From Candidatus Latescibacterota bacterium (GTDB taxonomy: Bacteria > Latescibacterota > UBA2968 > UBA8231), in the NCBI GenBank assembly GCA_965248355.1, contig OZ252098.1, positions 1,216,001 to 1,280,000 of the forward strand: DNA of 64,000 bases, in the 5' to 3' direction. The notes below the pieces were generated by a model. That model was not told the DNA's origin. It did not search any database and saw only the letters and a list, made by a program, of their open reading frames with translations. Of the stretch, positions 28,577 through 37,310 are shown piece by piece (positions within the stretch are counted from its first letter, which is position 1; every line of letters begins with the position of its first letter). A program made the translations under genes and the position numbers.

Positions 28577-29083
28577 TCATGCCTCCGCAGCCCCCCGCGC
28601 AACCGGACCCAGATCACGGGTGATCTTGAGGATCTTGTAGTGGAGGACACCCGCCGGCACCGTGATCTGCACCTCCTCCCCCTCTTCCTTGCCCAGCAGG
28701 CCCCTCCCGATTGGGGAGACGGTCGAGATCTTTCCCTGCTCGAAATCCGCCTCCTCGGGGGACACGAGGGTGTACGAGAGCTCGCCACCCTTTCCGAGAT
28801 CCAGAAGCTGCACCGTGGCGCCGATGTAGACCTTGTCGTCGGGGATGTTCTCGGCTTCGATCAGCCGGGCGCGGCTGAGCGTCTCCTCGAGCCTGCCGAT
28901 CCGCTGCTCGAGAAACATCAGTCTCTCCTTGGCGGCGGAGTACTCGGCGTTCTCGGACAGATCGCCGAACTCACGGGCCCGCTGAAGGGCCCGGCGTACC
29001 TTGGGACGCTCGTCCGTCCTGAGCTGCCTCAGCTCGTCCTGGAGCTTCTGAAGCCCCTCGCGGGAAAGGTAGACCTCGGTCAT
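28577..29083 (-). CDS. greA: Transcription elongation factor GreA
   Basis: MTEVYLSREG from ATG 29083; GDLSENAEY, ISTVSPIGRGLLGK. Confidence 0.96.
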   Translation of the reverse strand: MTEVYLSREGLQKLQDELRQLRTDERPKVRRALQRAREFGDLSENAEYSAAKERLMFLEQRIGRLEETLSRARLIEAENIPDDKVYIGATVQLLDLGKGGELSYTLVSPEEADFEQGKISTVSPIGRGLLGKEEGEEVQITVPAGVLHYKILKITRDLGPVARGAAEA

Positions 29084-29135
29084 GGCAAGGCTGGCTCCTG
29101 GTCGCCCCCCTGGCGCCGTGCTCCGGCACCGAGGG

Positions 29136-29187
29136 AAACAAAAAAGCGGAAGCGTGGCTCCCATGTCTGAGAAGGGGCCGCTTCCGC
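29136..29187 (-). terminator. Intrinsic terminator in the greA 5' leader (attenuator-like)
   Basis: GCGGAAGCG...CGCTTCCGC 9-bp stem followed by TTTTTTGTTT, between promoter and start codon. Confidence 0.75.
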
Positions 29188-29221
29188 CCGTTCGAGCAAC
29201 CGTCGTTTTGGTGACTGGCCA

Positions 29222-29250
29222 AAGATATACAGGAGCATCTCCGGTGGCAA
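29222..29250 (-). promoter_or_regulatory. sigma70-type promoter of greA
   Basis: TTGCCA-17 nt-TATCTT. Confidence 0.7.
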
Positions 29251-29368
29251 GGTGAGACACCTGCCGCTGAGACATTCTCCCCTTCAGCGTCCTCACTCGA
29301 CGGTCCGCGCCCCCAAAGGGGCCGCGGATCTCTTCTTCCGCGCCCTTTGGCCGGAAAACAGGTTCTCC

Positions 29369-29397
29369 TTGCCCCCCTCCCGGAACCCCCGTAGGTT
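29369..29397 (+). promoter_or_regulatory. Putative promoter of ygfZ-dinB (leaderless transcript)
   Basis: TTGCCC-17 nt-TAGGTT ending 8 nt before the GTG start. Confidence 0.5.
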
Positions 29398-29405
29398 CCG
29401 CCTCC

Positions 29406-30359
29406 GTGCCCTTGAATTCGACCCGCCGCCCGGATCCATACGCCGCCGTTATGCGGGGGGCCGCCCTGTTCGACGGCTCCGGGCAGGGACGCATCCTCTT
29501 CACGGGTCCCGACCACCTCGACTTCCTGCACCGGATGTCGACCAACGCGATCACTCGAAGCGCCGTGGGGGACGGGCTGGAGACCGTGTTCTGCAACCCT
29601 CGCGGGAGGATCGTCCAGCTCGCCTGTCTCGGTCGCACGGCTCAGGAGGAGACCACCGCCTTCGTCCAGGATGCGCCGGGCCTGCTCGCATGGCTCGAGC
29701 GCTACCACTTCTCCGAATCCATGGAAGGGACGGACATCAGCGCCCCCACCGGCCAGCTCGAGCTGGTCGGACCCGCCAGTCCACAGGTCTTCCGATCGGT
29801 CTTCCGTTCGGACCCGTGGAACTCCATGTCCGCAACCATCCCCGTCGCCGAAGGCCTGTGGGCGATGCTCCTCCAGGTGGGGGAACAACCGGCCCTCCGG
29901 CTGTGGGGACCACGCCTCGAGGTCGACCGGTGCCGCCGCCAGCTCCTGGCCACCGGCGTAGCCGAGCTCGACGCCGATGCCTGGGAGATCCTGCGCGTTG
30001 AGTGGGGACAGCCCGCGGCCGGTGGCGAGCTGACCCTGGACCACAACCCCTGGGAGGCCGGTCTGGGCCACGCCATCCACATGGACAAGGGCTGCTACAT
30101 CGGTCAGGAGGTCGTCGCCCGTCTGGAAACCTACCGGAAAGTGAAGCAACGCCTCGTGGGCCTGCGCCTGGCCGGCGAGGTCCAACCCGGCGCCCGGGTC
30201 GAGGCCGGCGGGCGAGCCGCGGGCCTGGTAACCAGCGCCGTCACATCTGCACGGTTGGGGCCCCTGGCCCTGGCCTACGTGCGTTCCGCCCACTGCCAGC
30301 CCGGAACGGCCCTGTCCGTCAACGGCACCGACGCCGAGGTCAGCGCCCTCCCCTTTTGA
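29406..30359 (+). CDS. ygfZ: YgfZ/GcvT-family folate-binding Fe-S cluster maturation protein
   Basis: Signature KGCYIGQEVVARL; GcvT-like N-terminus (GPDHLDFLHRMSTN). Confidence 0.85.
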   Translation: MPLNSTRRPDPYAAVMRGAALFDGSGQGRILFTGPDHLDFLHRMSTNAITRSAVGDGLETVFCNPRGRIVQLACLGRTAQEETTAFVQDAPGLLAWLERYHFSESMEGTDISAPTGQLELVGPASPQVFRSVFRSDPWNSMSATIPVAEGLWAMLLQVGEQPALRLWGPRLEVDRCRRQLLATGVAELDADAWEILRVEWGQPAAGGELTLDHNPWEAGLGHAIHMDKGCYIGQEVVARLETYRKVKQRLVGLRLAGEVQPGARVEAGGRAAGLVTSAVTSARLGPLALAYVRSAHCQPGTALSVNGTDAEVSALPF

Positions 30360-30364
30360 CCGGG

Positions 30365-31465
30365 GTGAGCGGAAGCCGCAAGATCATCCACATCGACATG
30401 GACGCGTTCTACGCCTCCGTGGAGCAACGCGACGATCCGAGGCTGCGGGGGCAGCCAGTCGTGGTCGGTGGAAGTCCGGAGGGCCGCGGTGTGGTCGCCG
30501 CGGCCTCCTACGAGGCCCGCGCCTTCGGTGTGCGCTCGGCCATGCCGATGCGCACGGCCCTGCGGCTGTGTCCCGGGGCGGTCCTCGTGAACCCGGACTT
30601 CGGCCGCTACCGGGAGGTCTCCCGGCACATCCGCGAGATCTTCCACGAGCACACCGATCTCGTGGAGCCGGTCTCCCTGGACGAAGCCTATCTGGACGTG
30701 ACCCACAACAAGCAGGGCATCCCTTTCGGCCACCGGGTGGCGCGCACGATCAAGGCCGACATTCGCGCCGGACTCAAGCTCACCGCCTCCGCCGGCGTCG
30801 CCCCCGGCAAGTTCGTGGCCAAGATCGCCTCCGACCTCGACAAGCCCGACGGGCTGGTCACCGTCATGCCGCACCAGGTACGGGGGTTTCTCCATCCCCT
30901 GCCGGTCGGCCGGATCCCGGGTGTCGGGAAGGTCACGCGACAGCGACTGGAAGCCCTGGGTTTCGAGACCATCGGGCAGCTCGCCGAGGCCGACCCTTCC
31001 CGGCTTGAGGCACGGTTCGGCAAGCGCGGCCGGTACCTTCACCAGAGGGCCCTGGGGATCGACGACGAACCGGTTACGACGGAGCGGGATCCGAAGCAAC
31101 TCAGCTCCGAGTCGACGTTCTCCGCCGATCTCTTCGACCCGGAGGAGATGCACGCAGCCCTGCGGGCTCTCACGGAGGAGGTCGCCGGCCGACTTCGTCG
31201 TCGCGGTCTCGCCGGGAGGACGGTGATGCTCAAGGTCCGCTACCCCGACTTCGAGACCGTGACCCGGGCGCAGACGGGTGGTATCTCGCTCGACCGGGCC
31301 GAGCCGATGCTGAGGATCGCCGTGGACCTGCTGCACCGCACAGATGCGGTGCGCAGGGGGGTCCGCCTCCTGGGAGTCGGCCTCTCCCACTTCGGCGGCC
31401 ACAGAGCCCCGGGAGCCTCGGGGCAGCTGGATCTGTTCGCCCCCGCGGAGTCCCCGGACCCCTGA
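30365..31465 (+). CDS. dinB: DNA polymerase IV
   Basis: IHIDMDAFYASVEQ, ASYEARAFGVRSAMP, SLDEAYLD, KPDG; C-terminal QLDLF clamp motif. Confidence 0.95.
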   Translation: MSGSRKIIHIDMDAFYASVEQRDDPRLRGQPVVVGGSPEGRGVVAAASYEARAFGVRSAMPMRTALRLCPGAVLVNPDFGRYREVSRHIREIFHEHTDLVEPVSLDEAYLDVTHNKQGIPFGHRVARTIKADIRAGLKLTASAGVAPGKFVAKIASDLDKPDGLVTVMPHQVRGFLHPLPVGRIPGVGKVTRQRLEALGFETIGQLAEADPSRLEARFGKRGRYLHQRALGIDDEPVTTERDPKQLSSESTFSADLFDPEEMHAALRALTEEVAGRLRRRGLAGRTVMLKVRYPDFETVTRAQTGGISLDRAEPMLRIAVDLLHRTDAVRRGVRLLGVGLSHFGGHRAPGASGQLDLFAPAESPDP

Positions 31466-31475
31466 CCCCGGACGC

Positions 31476-31997
31476 CTACTCGTGGAGTGCCGGCTGGTAG
31501 AGACCGACGCTGTAGAACTCGTACGACGCCGCCTTGTCGGGGAAGTCGACGACGTGGACGGTGAATCTGGACGGCACGCCGGTGTGCGCCATGTGGTCTC
31601 GGAAGAAGCCGCTGTAGGCCTCGGCATATTCCTTGTACAAGCGCTGCTGCTCGGCCAGATAGCCTTCCGGATCGAGCCGGGGATCGGGCGCCTTCGGCTG
31701 TGAGGCGAAGGCGTGGACCTCGACGAAGTCGATCCTAGCGATCGAATCGCAGATCCCGGCTTGCCGCAGCCACTTCTCCCAGCACCGGAAGACCAGCTCC
31801 ACCTCGACCGCCGGCTGCATGGTGATCAGCTCGTCCCGCTCGAGTATGCCGCGGGCGGAGTGCCCCCCGGTTAGCCCGGCGAAGCAAATCTTCAGATCCC
31901 CTCCGCCGAGCTTCTCGGTCACGAGCGCCGAGAGCGTGGGGTGGTCTCCGCCGTAGTAGTAGGTGAGGCGTCCTCGTTCCTTGACGTTGAAGCTCAT
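31476..31997 (-). CDS. Hypothetical protein, probably a divergent Rid (YjgF/RidA) family member
   Basis: ATG 31997 with AGGAGG SD, overlapping the upstream stop; C-terminus YSGFF...PSRFTVHVVDFP..ASYEF resembles Rid PAR.V.V..LP..LVEIE. Confidence 0.6.
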   Translation of the reverse strand: MSFNVKERGRLTYYYGGDHPTLSALVTEKLGGGDLKICFAGLTGGHSARGILERDELITMQPAVEVELVFRCWEKWLRQAGICDSIARIDFVEVHAFASQPKAPDPRLDPEGYLAEQQRLYKEYAEAYSGFFRDHMAHTGVPSRFTVHVVDFPDKAASYEFYSVGLYQPALHE

Positions 31998-34909
31998 TGC
32001 TCCTCCTTTCGGGCGCTGGTCTCCGGCGACCGGGGCAGGGCGTCGGCCAGGATTTCGATCCAGTGCCGGGCCTTGCGGCCCGTGGCGTCGGCGATCTGAT
32101 GGCGGCATGACATACCGGCTGCCGCGACCTCCGCCTGGGGATCCGCGGCGATCACGTCGAACAAGCGCTCCCGTCCCACCTCCATGGACACCTCGTAGTG
32201 CTCCTGCTCGTACCCGAAGCTGCCGGCCATTCCACAGCAACCCGAGGGGATCTCCTCCACCTGGTATCCCGGAGGAGCGGACAGGACCTTCAGGGTGTCC
32301 GCGGTGCCGCTCAGCGCCTTCTGATGGCAGTGACCGTGGAGCAGGATGCGCCTGCTCAACCGGGTGAACTCGATCCCGGGTCCCTCGCCCGCCTCCCGTC
32401 CGGCAAGGAACTCGTCGAGCAGGAAGAGGTTGTCGGCCACGCGCCGGGCGGTGCCGCCGTCCGCGGCCAGATCCAGGTAATCGTCGCGGTAGGTGGAGGC
32501 GCAACTGGGCTCAACGGCGACGATGGGCCAGCCTCGATCGGAATACTCCGCCAGGGCCTGCAGGTTGTCTCCGGCCCTGGCTCTCGCCTCCTTGAGGAAC
32601 CCCTTCGAGATCAGCGGCCGGCCACAGCACAGCCTCCGACGCGGCACCACGACATCGAACCCCGCCGACTCGAGCAGGGCCACGGCGGCGCGGCCCACCC
32701 CGGGTTCATTGTATTCCGTAAAGGTATCGTTGTAGAACACGACGGTTCCACGCCCCCGGGACGGGGTGCGGGGGCGACGCCGGAACCAGCGGGAGAAGGT
32801 GGGGCTCGCCAGGGCCGGCATCCGACGACGGCGGTCGATGCCCAGAAGGCGTTCCATGAGCCAGCGGCTCGGCGCGGCGTGCAGGAAGGGATTGATCAGC
32901 CCGGACATGGGGGCCATCCAACGATTGACATGGTCGATGCGGGCGAAGAGGTGCGAACGCAGGGGGTAGCCATGGCGTTTGTGGTACCGGGCGAGGAATT
33001 CGTACTTGAGCTTGGCCATGTCGACGCTCGAGGGACACTCCGACTTGCAGGCCTTGCACTCGAGGCACAGATCCATCACCTCGTACAGATCGTCGCTCTC
33101 CAGGCCACCGGGCAGTCGGCCGCTCAGTGCGGCGCGCAAGGCGTTCGCCCGCCCGCGGGTGCTGTGCTGTTCCTCGAGAGTGGCCATGTAGGAGGGACAC
33201 ATGGTGCCTACGAGCTTCTTGCGGCACTCGCCGACGCCGGAGCACATCTCCACGGCCTGCTGAAATCCGCCGGCCTGGTCGTACCGGAAGTAGGTCTCCT
33301 CGCGCAGCACCGGATAGCCGTCGCCGTAGCGCAGGTTGGCGTCCATGGGCGGAGGGGCCACGATTTTCCCCGGATTCATGACCCCCGACGGGTCAAAGGC
33401 CGCCTTGACCCGGGCAAAGGCCCGGGGCAGGCGGGGTCCGAACATCTTCTCGATCCACTCGCTGCGGGCCAGGCCATCCCCATGCTCGGCGGACATGGCT
33501 CCCCCGTATTCCAGAACCCAGTCGCTCATGCGCTCCTCGAGGGCCCGGAGGGTGGCGATGCCGTCCTTCCCTTTCAGGTCGAGAACCGGGCGGATGTGGA
33601 TGACGCCGACGCTGGCGTGGCCGTAGAAGGTGGTCTGGGCGACGCCTTGCTCGGACATGAGCGATTTCACGCGAGCGATGTACTCCGGCAGATGCTCCAC
33701 CGGCACGCTCGTGTCCTCGACACCGGCCGTCGGCTTGGCGTCACCCTTCAGGCCCATGAGCAGGCCGAGGCCCGCCTTGCGCAGATCCCAGATATCCCTC
33801 TGTTCGCCCGGCGTGAAGGCTTGCACGTAGGCATACCCGAGGCCGGCGCCGCGCAGCCGGCCCTCGAGATCCTCACAGCGGTCCCGAAGTTCCGCCTCGC
33901 TGTCGGCGTAGTACTCCACGCACAGCAGGGCCTCCGGGTCCCCCTGGAGGAAGCCGCGCCGGGACTCGTACGACAGCTGCCCACGGGTCTGGTCCATCAA
34001 CACCCGGTCCATCAGCTCCGACGCCGCCGGAGCCGTAGCCACGGCGTGCAGGTTGGCTTCCATCGCTTCCACCAGATCCTTGAAATGACAGGCCACGACA
34101 GCGGTGTGGCGTGGCCGCTCCACCAGACGGACCTTGGCCTCGACAACGGCGCACAGGGTCCCCTCGGAGCCGACGACGATCTTGCTCAGATCAAAGGGCG
34201 CTTCGGCCGAGGCAAGGGCATCGAGGTTGTATCCGGACACCCGCCGCATCACCTTCGGGAAGCGGCTCTCGATCTCCTCCGCGTAGTCGTCGACCACCCG
34301 CCGCACCTCGCCGTAGGCGCGGCCCTCAATGCCGGGGCGCCGCGTGCGCGCGTCGAATTCAGACGGCGTCACGGGACCGAAGGTGGCCCTTGAGCCGTCG
34401 CTGAGGACGACGCGAAGTTCCAGGACGTGGTCGATCGTACGCCCATGCAGGATGGAGTGGGAACCACAGGAGTTGTTGCCGATCATGCCACCGAGGTTGG
34501 CCCGGCTGCTCGTGGACACATCCGGGCCGAACTGAAGGCCCTGAGCGGCCGCCGCGGCATTCAACTCGTCGAGGACGACCCCGGGCTGGACGCGGGCCCA
34601 CCTCCCCTCGGCATCCACCTCGAGGATGCGATTCATGTACCGGGAAAAATCGATCTGCAGACCTTCACCGACCGTCTGGCCGGCGAGGCTGGTACCACCC
34701 CCCCGGGGCAGGACCGAGACCCCACCCTCGCTGGCGGTGCGAAGCGTGTGGGAGACATCCTCCACCGAGCACGGCAGCACGACACCTGCAGGGGCGATCT
34801 CGTAGATGCTCGCGTCGGTGGCGTACAGAGTCCGGGTCAGGGCATCGAGGCGGACCTCGCCTTCGATACCTGCTTCTATCGCGTCTCCAAGTCCGGCAAA
34901 GTCGTTCAA
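31994..34909 (-). CDS. FAD-binding/Fe-S oxidoreductase (GlcD-GlcF/YdiJ-like 2-hydroxy-acid dehydrogenase)
   Basis: PRGGGTSLAGQ, GGMIGNNSCG, SAEHGDG, CLECKACKSECP, two CCG motifs. Confidence 0.9.
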   Translation of the reverse strand: MNDFAGLGDAIEAGIEGEVRLDALTRTLYATDASIYEIAPAGVVLPCSVEDVSHTLRTASEGGVSVLPRGGGTSLAGQTVGEGLQIDFSRYMNRILEVDAEGRWARVQPGVVLDELNAAAAAQGLQFGPDVSTSSRANLGGMIGNNSCGSHSILHGRTIDHVLELRVVLSDGSRATFGPVTPSEFDARTRRPGIEGRAYGEVRRVVDDYAEEIESRFPKVMRRVSGYNLDALASAEAPFDLSKIVVGSEGTLCAVVEAKVRLVERPRHTAVVACHFKDLVEAMEANLHAVATAPAASELMDRVLMDQTRGQLSYESRRGFLQGDPEALLCVEYYADSEAELRDRCEDLEGRLRGAGLGYAYVQAFTPGEQRDIWDLRKAGLGLLMGLKGDAKPTAGVEDTSVPVEHLPEYIARVKSLMSEQGVAQTTFYGHASVGVIHIRPVLDLKGKDGIATLRALEERMSDWVLEYGGAMSAEHGDGLARSEWIEKMFGPRLPRAFARVKAAFDPSGVMNPGKIVAPPPMDANLRYGDGYPVLREETYFRYDQAGGFQQAVEMCSGVGECRKKLVGTMCPSYMATLEEQHSTRGRANALRAALSGRLPGGLESDDLYEVMDLCLECKACKSECPSSVDMAKLKYEFLARYHKRHGYPLRSHLFARIDHVNRWMAPMSGLINPFLHAAPSRWLMERLLGIDRRRRMPALASPTFSRWFRRRPRTPSRGRGTVVFYNDTFTEYNEPGVGRAAVALLESAGFDVVVPRRRLCCGRPLISKGFLKEARARAGDNLQALAEYSDRGWPIVAVEPSCASTYRDDYLDLAADGGTARRVADNLFLLDEFLAGREAGEGPGIEFTRLSRRILLHGHCHQKALSGTADTLKVLSAPPGYQVEEIPSGCCGMAGSFGYEQEHYEVSMEVGRERLFDVIAADPQAEVAAAGMSCRHQIADATGRKARHWIEILADALPRSPETSARKEEQ

Positions 34910-35005
34910 GAAAACAGCACCTCAGGCGCGCGGCTGGGGTTGGGGATCAGCCGGGGGGCGACTCTTGGACAGCCCAAAAAACCGCCGGAAAGCGCAATAT
35001 AAAGG

Positions 35006-35034
35006 TTGACATCTGGTGAATACCCCCATATCTT
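35006..35034 (+). promoter_or_regulatory. sigma70-type promoter upstream of zapA
   Basis: TTGACA-17 nt-TATCTT. Confidence 0.8.
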
Positions 35035-35066
35035 GTGCACTAGCGCGTGGTAATGCGCGCAGTAGA

Positions 35067-35115
35067 GGGGGCTTCCGGGAGTAAGGGGAGATCGCGGAAG
35101 TCCCCCATTTTATTT
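35067..35115 (+). terminator. Terminator-like hairpin in the zapA leader
   Basis: GGGGGCTTCCG...CGGAAGTCCCC stem followed by CATTTTATTT. Confidence 0.6.
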
Positions 35116-35145
35116 CTCCTCCTGAGTGTGGAACCGTTACGACGT

Positions 35146-35487
35146 ATGTCCCAGAAGGAAAGTACGATCGTGACGATTTTCGGGCATCAGTACCGCATCG
35201 CCGCAGACGCGGCCGACGCGAGGCATGTGGAGGTCGTGGCGGCCCTTCTGGACAGCCGCATGCGCCGGATCGCCACCTCGACCCGGAGGAGGGTCGCCCT
35301 CGAAATCGCCATCCAGGCGGCCATGGAGCTCGCTGACGAGGTGCTGAAAGCGCGGGACAAGCGGGACCAACTGTTGACGGGTGCGGATGAGCATCTCAGC
35401 CGCTTCACCCGCAAGCTCGAGGACGGCGCCTCCACCTCGGATCTGCTGACCGGCGGTGACGACTCGGCGTCCGCGCCACGCTTCTAG
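35146..35487 (+). CDS. zapA: Cell division protein ZapA
   Basis: VTIFGHQYRI...VAALLDSRMRRI...AIQAAMELADE plus coiled coil. Confidence 0.85.
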   Translation: MSQKESTIVTIFGHQYRIAADAADARHVEVVAALLDSRMRRIATSTRRRVALEIAIQAAMELADEVLKARDKRDQLLTGADEHLSRFTRKLEDGASTSDLLTGGDDSASAPRF

Positions 35488-35522
35488 AGGACCGAGCCCG
35501 CCAATCAGGCCCCCGGCCGGCC

Positions 35523-35558
35523 ACGTCTCCCGGCTCGCTTCGGCGAACCGGGAGACGT
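35523..35558. terminator. Strong hairpin between convergent zapA and infC
   Basis: ACGTCTCCCGG-CTCGC-TTCG-GCGAA-CCGGGAGACGT (cUUCGg tetraloop); no U-tract. Confidence 0.6.
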
Positions 35559-35582
35559 CTGTGCCGCCGCCTTCAAACCGAT

Positions 35583-36101
35583 TCAGGTCGGGTGAAGGAT
35601 CATGGACATCTCCCGGCCTTCCATCTGCGGCAACTGGTCGACGGCGGCGACATCCTCCATCTTCTTCGCCACGTCTTCCATCACCTCTCGGCCGCGGTCC
35701 CGGTAAGCCATCATGCGTCCCAGGAATCGCATGCTGACCTTCACTCGATATCCGTGGCCGATGAACTCCCGGATGTGTCCGAGGCGGTACTGCAGATCGT
35801 GCTCGGAGATATACATCTTGATGCGCACGGTCTTCATCTGCACGTTGTGCTGCTTCTTGCGCGCCTCCTTGGCCTTCTTCTCCTTGTCGTACCGATACTT
35901 CCCGTAATCCATGATGCGACAGACCGGCGGGCGCGCCTCCGGTGCGACTTCCACCAGATCGAGATCGACCTGTTCGGCCATCTCCATGGCCTGGACAGTG
36001 TCGATGACGCCGACCTGCTCTCCGTCGGCGCCGATGAGGCGAACTTGGGGGACCCGGATGGAGTCGTTGATTCTGGTGAAGGACTGTTGCTGTCTGGCGA
36101 T
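35583..36101 (-). CDS. infC: Translation initiation factor IF-3 (ATC start codon)
   Basis: RINDSIRVPQVRLI, LDLVEVAPEARPPVCRIMDYGKYRY; GGAGG 8 nt before ATC 36101. Confidence 0.95.
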   Translation of the reverse strand: MARQQQSFTRINDSIRVPQVRLIGADGEQVGVIDTVQAMEMAEQVDLDLVEVAPEARPPVCRIMDYGKYRYDKEKKAKEARKKQHNVQMKTVRIKMYISEHDLQYRLGHIREFIGHGYRVKVSMRFLGRMMAYRDRGREVMEDVAKKMEDVAAVDQLPQMEGREMSMILHPT

Positions 36102-36278
36102 GGGCGTTGCCTCCGAAGGGGGTCTTGGATACACCTGTACAGAATATAACCGCGCGAGATGGGGCTTAGCAACATGCACGCCCCGCCCGCCGGCACCCGC
36201 GCCGAACACAGGCGCCCGTCCCGCCCGGACCTGTCTCGACGACGACAGGCGGCCAGGCTCAGAACTGGGAGGATGAGA

Positions 36279-37310
36279 ATGCCCCGGTACGACGTCTACG
36301 GAATCGGCCATGCCCTGGTGGACCTGCAGTTCTCCGTCGGGGACGCCCTGCTGCGCGAACTCGGAGTCAGCAAGGGCGTCATGACCCTCGTCGATGAGAC
36401 CCGCCGCCGAGAGGTAATCGACAGGGTCGCCGCCGATCCCGTGAACCGAGCCTCGGGCGGCTCCGCCGCCAACACGGTGATCACTGTGGCCCGGTTCGGC
36501 GGACGGGCCTGCTACGCCTTCCAGGTGGGAGAGGACCACTGGGGCCACTTCTACCGACGCGACCTGTCCGCCGCGGGCGTCGACAGCAGTCCCGCCTGCC
36601 AGGTTCAGGGCGAGACGGGCCAGTGCCTGGTGATGGTCACGCCCGATGCCGAGCGCACAATGCAGACCTTCCTCGGCGCCAGTGGCACCATGGGACCGCA
36701 CCAAGTCGACGCCGACGGCATCGCCGCCTGTCGCTTCGCCTACCTCGAGGGTTATCTGCTGACCACGGAGGCGGGTTTCCGGGCCTGCCGCCTGGCATCC
36801 ACCATCGCTCGAGACCGGGCGGTCGATGTCTCGCTGACCCTGAGCGATCCCTCTGTAGTCGAGTCCTTTCGGGACCGGTTCGAGGAGCTTGCCGATGGCG
36901 TGGATCTCCTGTTTTGCAACGAGGAAGAGGCCACCGTGTTCACCGGCATCGACTTCCGCGAAGAGGCTGCCCGGCGGCTCTCGGACCGGGTCGGCCGCGT
37001 CTGCGTAACGCTGGGCCCCGAGGGAGCCCTGACCGCAGAAGGAGGTTCCTCAGCTCGTCTGGTGCCGGGCGTGGAGACCACGGCCGTGGACACCACCGGG
37101 GCCGGTGACACCTTTGCCGGCGGCGTCGTGTACGGGTTGTCCCGCGGCCTCTCGCTCGAAAAAGCGGCGAAGCTCGGAAATTACGCAGCCGCCGCCGTGG
37201 TCTCGGTCTTCGGGCCACGCCTGAAGGCCGACATCGGTCCTCTCGTAGAGGAGATCCTCCAGGACCGGGCCCCGGCCCCCACCCTGATCGCCCGAGGAGA
37301 GACCGGATGA
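36279..37310 (+). CDS. PfkB-family carbohydrate/adenosine kinase
   Basis: GGSAANT, DAERTMQTFLG, FCNEEEA, DTTGAGDTFAGG. Confidence 0.9.
   Translation: MPRYDVYGIGHALVDLQFSVGDALLRELGVSKGVMTLVDETRRREVIDRVAADPVNRASGGSAANTVITVARFGGRACYAFQVGEDHWGHFYRRDLSAAGVDSSPACQVQGETGQCLVMVTPDAERTMQTFLGASGTMGPHQVDADGIAACRFAYLEGYLLTTEAGFRACRLASTIARDRAVDVSLTLSDPSVVESFRDRFEELADGVDLLFCNEEEATVFTGIDFREEAARRLSDRVGRVCVTLGPEGALTAEGGSSARLVPGVETTAVDTTGAGDTFAGGVVYGLSRGLSLEKAAKLGNYAAAAVVSVFGPRLKADIGPLVEEILQDRAPAPTLIARGETG

Noticed and set aside
29251..29400. Possible glycine riboswitch upstream of the GcvT-like gene
   Set aside because: The GAAGG...CTCAG resemblance is on the wrong strand, lacks the full aptamer core, and the gene is YgfZ-type.
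35488..35582. Possible 6S RNA downstream of zapA (a common synteny)
   Set aside because: Only 95 nt are available and they hold one short hairpin; too small for a 6S RNA.
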